Notes: generated by a model from the letters alone, not told the origin. A stretch of 61,158 bases of DNA from Promethearchaeota archaeon (GCA_030599585.1 JAUVNS010000021.1:1-61158); one strand, 5' to 3'. Shown: positions 49,717-58,557, counted from the stretch's first letter. Program-made: numbers and translations.

Positions 49717-50430
49717 ATGGTAAGAAAAGAAGCACTTGCTGAAATAAAAGAAACAGTCAAAAAAATAATTGACGATATAGTTTCCCAACTACAAGATGGA
49801 AGAATCGAGTCAGAAACATCAATTACTGATAGATTCGTTCAAAAACTCCAAGATATTAGGTTTTATAATGATTATTATGGGGGAATGCACCTAGATCGCG
49901 TTAACTGTCAATTGGTAATCCAAGTCAGAACGTTAGGAGACAGAGGAAAATCGCCTTCAGAAAGTAAATATGGAGCAGATATATGCTTAGTTATGGAAAT
50001 TATTGATGGAAAGAAAAAAAGAAAAAAAGGAATATTAATTCAGGCTAAAATGAACAGAAGTCCCATTAAAGTTAAGTCCAATAAAAATACTTACATACAG
50101 GTAAATGTGAAAACTCAGAATTTTAAGAAATTAAATGAACAACTGCAAAAAATGAGCGTGATTACACCCGAGAATTATGTTCTTATCTATGACGAAACCG
50201 GATTTTTTATCGTAAATGCTAATCGTTTAATTAATCCCGAAGAAGACAAAAAAAATATTAGTATAAAAGCAGAAAAATTTGAAGATTTTTTTAATTTAAT
50301 GATTAAGTGTCATAGAGGAGATAGAGAATTAACAGATTGGCAAGACGATTATTTTGAAGAATTAATTAGTCGTCAAATTGCCAACTATTTCATACAAATT
50401 AAATATCGACAAACCTCAGGTTTTATGTAA
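49717..50430 (+). CDS. PD-(D/E)XK nuclease-fold protein
   Basis: ETSITD..ESKYGADICLV..GILIQAK, an E..D..QxK catalytic pattern. Confidence 0.65.
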   Translation: MVRKEALAEIKETVKKIIDDIVSQLQDGRIESETSITDRFVQKLQDIRFYNDYYGGMHLDRVNCQLVIQVRTLGDRGKSPSESKYGADICLVMEIIDGKKKRKKGILIQAKMNRSPIKVKSNKNTYIQVNVKTQNFKKLNEQLQKMSVITPENYVLIYDETGFFIVNANRLINPEEDKKNISIKAEKFEDFFNLMIKCHRGDRELTDWQDDYFEELISRQIANYFIQIKYRQTSGFM

Positions 50431-50470
50431 AAAAAAGAAACACAAGTTTTTTTTCCGTCTAAGCAATTCT

Positions 50471-50995
50471 TCACAGCGTTGTAATGAAATTAAACAAAAT
50501 TAAACAAAATCTTTTATTAAGCTGGATAACGAAAGGAACATCCTGCTGGCTGGTAAAACTGAGTAATTCTCGGAAACTGCGCTTATTTTGCTCCATTTTC
50601 TCCGGATCGGAGTCAGCGACAAATACTACGCCGTCTGCGCCATCCAACACATATTCGCGAGTGGACAAAAACCGTTCTTGTCCAGTTGCGGTCACGATCT
50701 GAGTTACGATGTTAAACTTTACCTCTGCGAGGTTAAGATAGAAGGACAATCGAACCGAATCTTGCCACAGCGTGCGTCCATCGGTAGTTTCTATCGAATA
50801 TCCCCGGTTGAGCTTCACTCCGTCGAACTTTTCTCGTAACCTGAAGTAGTTAGTAGTTTTTCCAGATTCTCCAGGACCCCAATAAACTACTTTAAATTGC
50901 AACACTTCCTTAAGAGAATTTGTTCCGGACTTATCGCTTATGCCGAGTTCTTCTTTTTCCAGTTCCTTACCTTTATCGTTGGAATCTATTGTCAT
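50471..50995 (-). pseudogene. mglA: MglA-like GTPase, C-terminally truncated
   Basis: KVVYWGPGESGKTTN, DGRTLWQD, TATGQ, DGVVFVADS, QLNKR followed by unrelated FCLILFNFITTL*. The G4 Asp, G5 and last helix are missing. Confidence 0.85.
50487..50510. repeat. Short 10-bp tandem repeat at the mglA truncation point
   Basis: aaat(taaacaaaat)x2. Confidence 0.75.
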
Positions 50996-51020
50996 TTTTT
51001 CTGATCGCCTCGCCTTAAAA

Positions 51021-51554
51021 TTACGCTGTTTGGAAAACTTTTTTCTTTAACTCTCTGAGGTGTTGTTTGAGATCTTGTTCCGACATTTGTAGTTTTTGCA
51101 TGATGGTTTGGCTTTGGGTGATCGCCTCTTTTATCCTTGCCGAAAACTTGCGCATCTGGAGTATGAGCACGCCAATGTTAACTTGGTTGTCTACCAATAG
51201 GATTACCAGAATCTCTCGTTTTCCTTTTTTGGCGAGAACAACGTCTCCGATCGATTTGACGTAGAGTTGTAAGTCTTTAAATATTAAAGTTGCTCGAACC
51301 AAAGAATCGGCTTCGAAGAAATCTTGCGCTTGCCGGGCAACTCCATATAACGCCGCTCCAATGGAACTTAAGTCTCAATAATTTAGCTTCCTGTCGAACC
51401 GAGAATCGATTGCGATAATTTTCGCGTCTTGGTCTATAGCAATGAGTCCGTAGATGTATCCTTTTCTAGTTAACATTCCGTAATTATACCGTACTTCGTC
51501 TAACACTTGAGCTATTTCGTTCTCGTAAAGCGATTTAGGGACGTATATAGTCAT
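51021..51554 (-). pseudogene. mglB: MglB/roadblock-like protein with an in-frame TGA at codon 60
   Basis: MTIYVPKSLYE..GLIAIDQDAKIIAID..LNY*DLSSIGAALYGVARQAQDFF..VNIGVLILQMR; TGA at 51377-51375; directly upstream of mglA. Confidence 0.8.
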
Positions 51555-51659
51555 TTTTTCATCATTTCTCCAATAATATGTATTTTTTTACGAGTAAGGA
51601 TTTTTGAGTATTTAAAGAAAAAATTCCAAGTGAGTAATGTTTTATTATTCAATTATTGG

Positions 51660-51744
51660 TTATACAAATTCAAAGCTCGAACATGTAATAGTTCAATAAA
51701 AGCAAAAACAACAAGTATAGAATTTAACAAAAACCATTCGATAA
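51660..51744 (-). repeat. Degenerate copy of the DUF998 gene 3' end (direct repeat with 52664-52747)
   Basis: ttatacaaattcaaagctcgaacatgtaatagttcaataaaagcaaaaac..caaaaaccattcgataa vs ttatccaaatttaaagcttgaacacgtaatagttcaacaaaagcaaaaac..caaaaaccattcgataa. Confidence 0.85.
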
Positions 51745-51812
51745 AAATAAGCGAATGTATGTAAAAAACAAAAAATAAAAAAAAATTTATATATATTTAT
51801 ATTTCCCTTCTT

Positions 51813-52535
51813 TTAGAAGAAATCGTAATCGCTGTTATCAACAATCTCAGGATAATGCCGTGGGAACCAAACCGAATAAAACAATTTGGCGTTGTAAAAA
51901 GCATCTACAGCACTAAGCTCCGGATACAAAGCCAAATCACCGAAAAAGTAACTAGAAAATAAAGAAACTCCGTTAATATTAAAACTTTCGGTGTGTTCTG
52001 ATGAGGCTGTCATTACCAAATACCCATTTCTGTCTTCAAATTCATCTACAAAATCTCCAGCGTGACACCCTTGAACAAATATCGATACATCCGTAGTTTC
52101 AAGCAAATAAGACTTAGCTTTCAAAGTAACTGAATAGAGTGTTGTGGTTGGAGTAACCCAAATTTCAGAATAATCGTTTGCAGTTTGATGGTAATCTCCA
52201 TGACCAGCAAAATAGAAAAAGAGAATGTCGTTATAATCTTCGATGCTATCTATCAAAGCAAATATTTCATCAAAATCATATTGTGTAGTTCCCCATTTAA
52301 GATCCTTAATCTCGTAGGTAGTATATCCTTTCGATTGAAGTACGCTCTCGTAATAATCGATGGATTCCTGAGTTCCTACATCCAAACTCGTCCAAAAGAA
52401 AAATCCATATTTTTCAACGGGATTTCCACCTCCACCACCACCGCCACCAACAAAACCAGCAGAAACCGAAGTAACAAAAAGTGGTGAAAACAAAACAAAT
52501 AAAATTCCAAATAGCAATAATTTTTTTTTGTACAT
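51813..52535 (-). CDS. Secreted caspase-like (clan CD, C13/C14-type) cysteine protease
   Basis: Likely start MYKKKLLLFGILFVLFSPLFVTSVSA (signal peptide), a Gly8 tract, FFYFAGHG (His) and FVQGCHAGDF (Cys). Confidence 0.8.
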   Translation of the reverse strand: MYKKKLLLFGILFVLFSPLFVTSVSAGFVGGGGGGGGNPVEKYGFFFWTSLDVGTQESIDYYESVLQSKGYTTYEIKDLKWGTTQYDFDEIFALIDSIEDYNDILFFYFAGHGDYHQTANDYSEIWVTPTTTLYSVTLKAKSYLLETTDVSIFVQGCHAGDFVDEFEDRNGYLVMTASSEHTESFNINGVSLFSSYFFGDLALYPELSAVDAFYNAKLFYSVWFPRHYPEIVDNSDYDFF

Positions 52536-52673
52536 TTTTTTTTTGCCCTCTCTAATTATAAATTGCATAATTACAGATATGATAAATAAAATCAATTTAT
52601 ATTTAAACATTTCTCGCTTGAGATTTTCTAATTTCACTAAAGTTTCACAACTAGATCTGAGAATTATCCAAAT

Positions 52674-53351
52674 TTAAAGCTTGAACACGTAATAGTTCAA
52701 CAAAAGCAAAAACGCCAAAATTGAACTGAGCAAAAACCATTCGATAAGAGGGATCGAAAAAACAAAATACAATACCATCAAAGTTCCAGGGACGATTAAT
52801 CCAAACAATCCTAAGTTTTTTAACTTGCACTTGTGAGACAAAAAGATGTTCAGGCTATAAAAGAATATTGAGACTACATATCCGCTAAAAGAAAATAACG
52901 CCGTCAACCCGTGAAAGATTTGTCCGGGACCTGCTCTATCTAGACTAAACACGCCTAGAAAAATATATCCTACGTTTCCAATTATTCCCAGAGCGACTCC
53001 GCACTCTACGAATAAAATAGAATGCTTCGAACTCTTATATACCACCATTAATTTTTGTCTTACAAAGAAATTAACCGGAAGGCTTACGATCCCCCCGAAC
53101 ACGCAAATTAAATCGTGAAAGTAAGGAAATGGAATATAATTTCTGCTCCCCAAGTCGCTAATGTAATTGGTAAAAAGCGAAAATCCAAAGAACGAAGAAA
53201 ATGACACGTTTACGATTAATAAAGCAATGTAGCTAGCGCAACAATAAAATAGAACCTTTTCCAACCGCTTTAAAGTAAGATTAGGCGATTTTTCCGCTTT
53301 GACAATTTCGTTTATGTTTAACTTTTGCTTAGTTATCGTGATTTTAGACAT
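52674..53351 (-). CDS. DUF998-like membrane protein
   Basis: FSLFTNYISDLG, GVFSLDR..FH, IEW; about 6 TMs. Confidence 0.8.
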   Translation of the reverse strand: MSKITITKQKLNINEIVKAEKSPNLTLKRLEKVLFYCCASYIALLIVNVSFSSFFGFSLFTNYISDLGSRNYIPFPYFHDLICVFGGIVSLPVNFFVRQKLMVVYKSSKHSILFVECGVALGIIGNVGYIFLGVFSLDRAGPGQIFHGLTALFSFSGYVVSIFFYSLNIFLSHKCKLKNLGLFGLIVPGTLMVLYFVFSIPLIEWFLLSSILAFLLLLNYYVFKL

Positions 53352-53461
53352 AGTTTTGTTATAATCTAACTCTAAAAATATTTCAAGATAAGAAAGAAGT
53401 CAGATATTTAAACAAAAAATGTGAAGAAAAAAATAACCGTATTTCAACTTACTCCTTTTGA

Positions 53462-54559
53462 TTAGTCGTATGTTTCTAGATAATTAATGATAGTAGTTAT
53501 TATTTCAATTAAATTGATATCAGAGATTTTATCTAGATTTTCATTTTTTAATCTTAATTTTTTCATGAAGAGGTATTTATCTTCTACAATTTTAATTGAA
53601 TATAAAACGCCTTTAAACATTTTGAGTGAATATATATCTTTATCGTCTATGGTTTTATAAATCTCTTTAGAAATGCTCTCAAACTTTCCACATTTATATA
53701 AAATTAAACCAATATCATTTGTTTTAATACCTAGATCGTAGAGTATCTCGATACTAGTATAATTAATTTCTTTAATTAAACTTACCAAGTTAGGATTAAG
53801 TACAAACAACCTTATAGTTCCAGTAACTATTTTTCGTATGACAGGTTTTTTTCCTAAAGTAAAATTATTTATTGTTGTGGCGTAATCTTTTATTATATCG
53901 AGTTCCTCTTCAGACATATCTTCTTTATGTGACATTTTCATAAATTCAATGTGAATCCTGTTTAACATCGGCACTAAACTAAGTGGAGATAAAGGCGATT
54001 CCCTAATCATTTTTAAATATTCTCTTATTAGCGTGATATCGATTTTTAATTTAACTTTCGGCTCAATTAGATCCATTGATTCATCATTAAATTCTTCATT
54101 AAATAGATCAATTAATTCTCGATCAGTGACTAAGGATTTCCCGTGAGGAGTACGTTTATAGTAAGTACGGCTTTTAATCTCGTGACTCTTCCTATTCACT
54201 ATATACGCGTGAGGGATATCTTTTTTTCTCTTGATATTTATAATTGATATATCTCCTCGTTCACACCGTATAAATTCAAAATCATAATCAATTATAGGAC
54301 TTATTTTATCCCTGACAATATTATTGATATCGCCCTTCAGTTTGTCGACGTCATAATCTATTTCTCCGTTAAAGGTACCGTCATTTTTAACTCCAATAAT
54401 AAGTTTCCCTCCATTCCGGTTGGCAAACGCTACAAACTCCTTAGCTAATTCATCTTTCCAACCCTTTTCTTGGAGAATCTCTGAACTTTTTAATTCTAAA
54501 ATGACGCTCTCAATTTCACGCTTCTCTAAGATTTTTAGAATTTCTTTGCAAGTGGTCAT
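53462..54559 (-). CDS. Schlafen/AlbA_2 domain protein
   Basis: ESVILELKS..LAKEFVAFANRNGGKLIIGVKNDG..YYKR; C-terminal helical region of unknown type. Confidence 0.88.
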   Translation of the reverse strand: MTTCKEILKILEKREIESVILELKSSEILQEKGWKDELAKEFVAFANRNGGKLIIGVKNDGTFNGEIDYDVDKLKGDINNIVRDKISPIIDYDFEFIRCERGDISIINIKRKKDIPHAYIVNRKSHEIKSRTYYKRTPHGKSLVTDRELIDLFNEEFNDESMDLIEPKVKLKIDITLIREYLKMIRESPLSPLSLVPMLNRIHIEFMKMSHKEDMSEEELDIIKDYATTINNFTLGKKPVIRKIVTGTIRLFVLNPNLVSLIKEINYTSIEILYDLGIKTNDIGLILYKCGKFESISKEIYKTIDDKDIYSLKMFKGVLYSIKIVEDKYLFMKKLRLKNENLDKISDINLIEIITTIINYLETYD

Positions 54560-54618
54560 AATTTATCAATAATTTTTGTTTCAATTTTTAATTTTATAAT
54601 GAAACTTGTATACTAGTT

Positions 54619-55107
54619 TTACAAAGTAAATAGTAGCAACAAAATTAGTACAACAAGAAGAGTGCAATACTCATACCTTACGAAAATCTTGCTCTTTTTA
54701 GGAAAATAAATTTTAAACCCTCGAGTAAAAAACGCTACCCTAAAGTGTCCCTTTCTGGTCCACGCGAGGTCGAGCATTTGTTGGTGATGCTCGTCGTGGC
54801 ATTTGTAGTGTAAAAAAGAAAGGTATTTGGGCTCGAACAATCTCCGGTTGTCGTAGACGTTGTGATGCATAGTAGAGGCGTAGGGGTTTACTTCGGTTTC
54901 GCACACTGGACAAATAAACTTGTTGTTGGTAAGAGAAAAATATTCGATCACTAAAGCCTTTCCTTTTCTCCAGTCCTCAGTTTTAGTTAACCGCGCGTAG
55001 GCGACTTTATAGTTGAACGATCGTTTCTTTAAAAATTTCCGGGCGAACTTGTTGTACTTTGCTAGTTCTTTTAGTATAGCTTTTTGTTTATCGGAATTAT
55101 TTGGCAG
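54619..55107 (-). CDS. HNH-like endonuclease (start extended)
   Basis: Frame open upstream to CTG 55107: YARLTKTEDWRKGK..CPVC..MHHNVYD..LHYKCHDEHH; hydrophobic C-terminal tail. Confidence 0.65.
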   Translation of the reverse strand: MPNNSDKQKAILKELAKYNKFARKFLKKRSFNYKVAYARLTKTEDWRKGKALVIEYFSLTNNKFICPVCETEVNPYASTMHHNVYDNRRLFEPKYLSFLHYKCHDEHHQQMLDLAWTRKGHFRVAFFTRGFKIYFPKKSKIFVRYEYCTLLVVLILLLLFTL

Positions 55108-55135
55108 TGAAAATTACCCCATAAAAATGATTTGC

Positions 55136-55576
55136 CTAATCTACATGGCCAACGAATGGTATTGAAAGACATTTTCTATGAAATTTTACAGGTTCACGAT
55201 CCAATATTCTAATCCAATTGTTAGCGAACACCAAATAATAATCAAGAGTTAGAAAGATATTGACGTTATTGCCATAATCCCATCCTTCAGTCCATATACA
55301 TTTATCCTTAGTAAAGTGGAACAATTCTTTGACAGTTAAACCATTTTTGCTACCCTCAATACCCACTTTTATTTGAGCTTTAGCAAGTTCTGGATAATGA
55401 CCAAGAAATATGTTGCCCTCATTCAAAATAACTTTTTCTTTATTTATATCTTTTTTATTCTTTTGACATTCGCTTAGAAGTATCTTACCGATTATTTTAT
55501 CTTTGTCTCGTAGTTCTAATATTGATGCAGGATAACCTCCAGAGGTAAATGGAGTTTTAGTTTTTTCATTTTCCAT
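55136..55576 (-). CDS. Hypothetical protein
   Basis: 146-aa ATG ORF with an upstream GGTGA. Confidence 0.7.
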   Translation of the reverse strand: MENEKTKTPFTSGGYPASILELRDKDKIIGKILLSECQKNKKDINKEKVILNEGNIFLGHYPELAKAQIKVGIEGSKNGLTVKELFHFTKDKCIWTEGWDYGNNVNIFLTLDYYLVFANNWIRILDREPVKFHRKCLSIPFVGHVD

Positions 55577-55710
55577 AAAATCACCTATTTGATATTATAA
55601 TAAAACTTATACCTTTTTGTATTTAAAATTAATTCTATTATTTATCTCGAATTGTAGGTAACAATTTTCTACTCAACAAAAGCGTGTTAAATCACTATTT
55701 TTTACACTGA

Positions 55711-56634
55711 TTAGATCAACAATACGCTCGAATTTTTCGTAAAAAAAAGCTCTTTCTCTGCTGTGTATTTGTTCTCTTTTACGGCTAAATTGGTGATAGA
55801 AACAAAATCTCCGTCGTTTATTACTTTTAAACATTCTACCGCTTTCATACCCCACGCTTTCACTCGAATCGTAGTATCTTCCGTTTCTAAGAGGATGGTA
55901 AGTAAAAACGACTTATCGCCCGATTTCAGCTCTAACTCTTTAAAATCTTCTATTAAGATCGATCCCTTAACGATGTTTACGTATTTATTTTGCTGGAGGG
56001 CTTGACTCAAAGGTTTTAAGTTGTTTTTGGGGGTAAAATCTTCTGAACCCGTAATCGTTACTGCTTTTAATTGCTCCCGTTTCTTACCGTTTACCTCAGG
56101 AGAGAGAATTATGGTGCCTTTCTTTCCGAGGTGGACTTCTATGGTTCCGTTCTGCCCAAGTTTTGCATACCCGCCAACTACTCGCACGAACTCTTCTGGC
56201 TTGAAGTATTCTTGATTAACAATTTCTGTCCGTTCGTCCCACAGAACGATTTTCACGGTTCCGGTTGAGTCGCCGAGCAAGAAAGAACAGACTTTTCCCA
56301 CGGACTGGTCTTTTCTGACGAACTCGCGAATCTTTTGGGAGGTTAAAATCTTACCTAACAGCACGATATTGGTCATGCCTTCTTTAAGATCCGAGATATC
56401 TATGGTGAACTCGTCGTAGTCAATTTCTTCTTCTAACTCGTCGTAAAGATAATCGTCAATCTCGGGAGACCGTAACTCAAGCCCGTTTTCTCTGGCTATT
56501 ATAAATAATACCCCTTGTGTGGACATGAAGCCGCCGTATTCATTCACTTTGTTCTTGACTTTTTTTTCTAGTTCTTCTTCTGACATCCCAAGGTCCAACA
56601 ACTGCTGAAATAACTCGTCTACTGAATCGCTCAT
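55711..56634 (-). CDS. rpa: Replication protein A / OB-fold ssDNA-binding protein
   Basis: N-terminal helical domain (GGFMSTQGVLFIIARE); OB folds ISDLKEGMTNIVLLGKI..LGDSTGTVKIVLWD and IRVKAWG. Confidence 0.9.
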   Translation of the reverse strand: MSDSVDELFQQLLDLGMSEEELEKKVKNKVNEYGGFMSTQGVLFIIARENGLELRSPEIDDYLYDELEEEIDYDEFTIDISDLKEGMTNIVLLGKILTSQKIREFVRKDQSVGKVCSFLLGDSTGTVKIVLWDERTEIVNQEYFKPEEFVRVVGGYAKLGQNGTIEVHLGKKGTIILSPEVNGKKREQLKAVTITGSEDFTPKNNLKPLSQALQQNKYVNIVKGSILIEDFKELELKSGDKSFLLTILLETEDTTIRVKAWGMKAVECLKVINDGDFVSITNLAVKENKYTAEKELFFTKNSSVLLI

Positions 56635-56733
56635 AATAAACTTCTTACTATTTTACTATTAAGTAAAAAAAAATGAAGGCGAATATTTAAAGGAAAAATT
56701 AGGTTTTTGAATATTTACACGCTATTAAATTGA

Positions 56734-57342
56734 CTAGGGGCCAACCTGTCCCGTTTTACCGATGTGAAGCTTCTTTCGAGCGTCGTGGAAAGCATATGCG
56801 GAGCAAGCGCAAAAAACTCTTAAGTTTTTTTGTAAGATATATTCGCTATTTGGTATAGTAGAGTCGTTTCGATCGGTAACGAAGATGGTTAGGGCAAGTT
56901 GAGTAGTGATGTGAGGCCAATAGTAGTGGATTTTTAAGAGTTTGTGTAAAGTCTTTAAGTTAGCAATCGCACGGGCGTAGTCGAATATAGGAGCGATTTT
57001 ATGAGCTTTCCGCAAGAAAAATCTCGATTGTCGTAATTTACTTACTTCCCCTGCACCCCACGAAGTTGTCCCTAAACCTAGAACTCGACTGAATTTACTG
57101 GCTTCGGTTAAAAATTTCAAAGCAGCGGTTAACACTACGGAATTGGGAAGGTTTGTTTCTTTCACAATAGCTCCGATGGACAAAGGGGCTAAACTATTGT
57201 ATTTGTTGGTATTATTTGGAAAGCTTCCGAACCTAAAAAAGTAGTTAATTACTGTTTCTTTAATCATTTGCTTGCTTGGATCGACCGCCCAAATTTTCAT
57301 ACTTCTCTGTAGAACGATCGTGCCGTTCGTTGTTCCTGCCAT
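56734..57342 (-). CDS. Hypothetical protein, possibly TFIIB cyclin/HTH-like
   Basis: C-terminus WPHITTQLALTIFV..ILQKNLRVFCACSAYAFHDARKKL loosely matches a TFB second cyclin repeat. Confidence 0.4.
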   Translation of the reverse strand: MAGTTNGTIVLQRSMKIWAVDPSKQMIKETVINYFFRFGSFPNNTNKYNSLAPLSIGAIVKETNLPNSVVLTAALKFLTEASKFSRVLGLGTTSWGAGEVSKLRQSRFFLRKAHKIAPIFDYARAIANLKTLHKLLKIHYYWPHITTQLALTIFVTDRNDSTIPNSEYILQKNLRVFCACSAYAFHDARKKLHIGKTGQVGP

Positions 57343-57459
57343 ATATCGCTCACTAATTGACTTTTTTTGGAGTTTAAAATTAAATTAAAATATTTACTAA
57401 ATGCATAATATATTTTATCGTTATTTATAAATAAAAAAGAGAATTGGTGAAAATTGAAG

Positions 57460-58557
57460 TTAAGAAATTACTTGTTGCAAAGTGTTTTGAACCGTTCTAC
57501 GGGTGTTTTTGCGAGCGTCAAAATACTTTTGACTCTTTTCAAAATTTGTAGAGAACTTACCTACATTTTTTAGCACTCTTTCAGCGTTGAGGTGGTGATC
57601 TTCGCACAGTAAAAGAAATGTTTTTTGTTCGTTCGGATAGTTCCACCTGATGTCTTGGTAGCGATTTATTACTTCAGGCAACAGAAAAATTTTCCTCACT
57701 TTTGAGATAATACCTGTAGTGAGTAAAGAAAAATCGTACGCGTCTTTTTCCTCCTGAATAACTCTTTCTAAACTTTTATGTTTGAGTAAGAATTTATGGG
57801 CGTGTTTCGGTCCAATATTTTTTATACCCTTAAAATAATCGTTTCCGATAAGGATTGCCATGTCAACCAACTGAAATTGGTTTATATTTAATTTTTTTAG
57901 GCTCTCCTTGAGATTTATTTGAACCGGAGAGATTTTTTGATACGTCCATCGACCGTGTACCTTTCTCTTACGCGACTTTGAAAGGTTTTGTATCGTTCTT
58001 GGACATCCGAACAACAAAGAGTCGAAATCTTGCGAGTTAGAATAGTGAGACACCTTATCTTTAACTAATTGAGCGCATTGTGATTCTGCTGAGGCGGGTG
58101 AATTAATACACGGAACGCCCAACGCTCCCAAAAGTTGTTTTGATTCTTTAATGATGTTTGGCCACATATATTCTTTCGATAAGGCGATCTGTTTCGCTTT
58201 CTCTCTATTGCCAGACTGGAGTACGGACTGATACAATTTTTCTGTAAACAAAAAATCGTTGAGCCTATCTTTTGTCTTAAGTTTTTTGAGGTCGGAGTCG
58301 AGCCCGTCGAAGCAATAAATCGGAAATATCTTTTTGGAATAGAAAAAGTTTGTTCTGTAGAGCAACCCATACAAGTGAGAAATCGGTCTCTGGGTGCGGT
58401 CGAGAATGAGCCCGGCGGGCGAGCCATCTGAGTTTTTGCGTGCGAAATTAAACAAGCTCATTATTATGTTAGGGGCATCTATCGCTACTATCTTGCCTGC
58501 AAGATTAGAAAGTTCGATCGGTTCTTTAACCACTAAATCTTGAAGTTTAACTCCCAT
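57460..58557 (-). CDS. fen: Flap endonuclease 1 (divergent)
   Basis: MGV start, IAIDA, SHLYGLLYR, FDG, SQDFDSLLFG, LIGNDY..GIKNIGPK, PIP-like QNTLQQV. Confidence 0.9.
   Translation of the reverse strand: MGVKLQDLVVKEPIELSNLAGKIVAIDAPNIIMSLFNFARKNSDGSPAGLILDRTQRPISHLYGLLYRTNFFYSKKIFPIYCFDGLDSDLKKLKTKDRLNDFLFTEKLYQSVLQSGNREKAKQIALSKEYMWPNIIKESKQLLGALGVPCINSPASAESQCAQLVKDKVSHYSNSQDFDSLLFGCPRTIQNLSKSRKRKVHGRWTYQKISPVQINLKESLKKLNINQFQLVDMAILIGNDYFKGIKNIGPKHAHKFLLKHKSLERVIQEEKDAYDFSLLTTGIISKVRKIFLLPEVINRYQDIRWNYPNEQKTFLLLCEDHHLNAERVLKNVGKFSTNFEKSQKYFDARKNTRRTVQNTLQQVIS

Larger units (their letters stand above)
47710..50509. mobile_element. Putative ~2.8-kb inserted cassette replacing the ligA 5' end and the mglA 3' end
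   Basis: Both flanking genes are cut exactly where tandem repeats begin, and the cargo genes lie on the opposite strand. No transposase or integrase is seen. Confidence 0.55.

Noticed and set aside
47705-50515. Terminal inverted repeats or target-site duplication of an IS
   Set aside because: Only about 6 bp (attttg) match in inverted orientation, which is not significant in AT-rich DNA, and no transposase is present.
51375-51377. Selenocysteine in mglB
   Set aside because: The context is not a redox Cys motif, Trp is the likelier ancestral residue, the partner gene is also broken, and no SECIS was recognised.
51507-51764. 85-aa + strand ORF
   Set aside because: It spans the mglB start, promoter DNA and the DUF998 remnant; no protein-like signal.
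3714-58427. Many 60-130 aa ORFs nested in or antisense to long genes (e.g. 4002..4367, 13409..14473, 38536..38916, 46004..47527, 58065..58427)
   Set aside because: Shadow ORFs of well-supported genes, without motifs.
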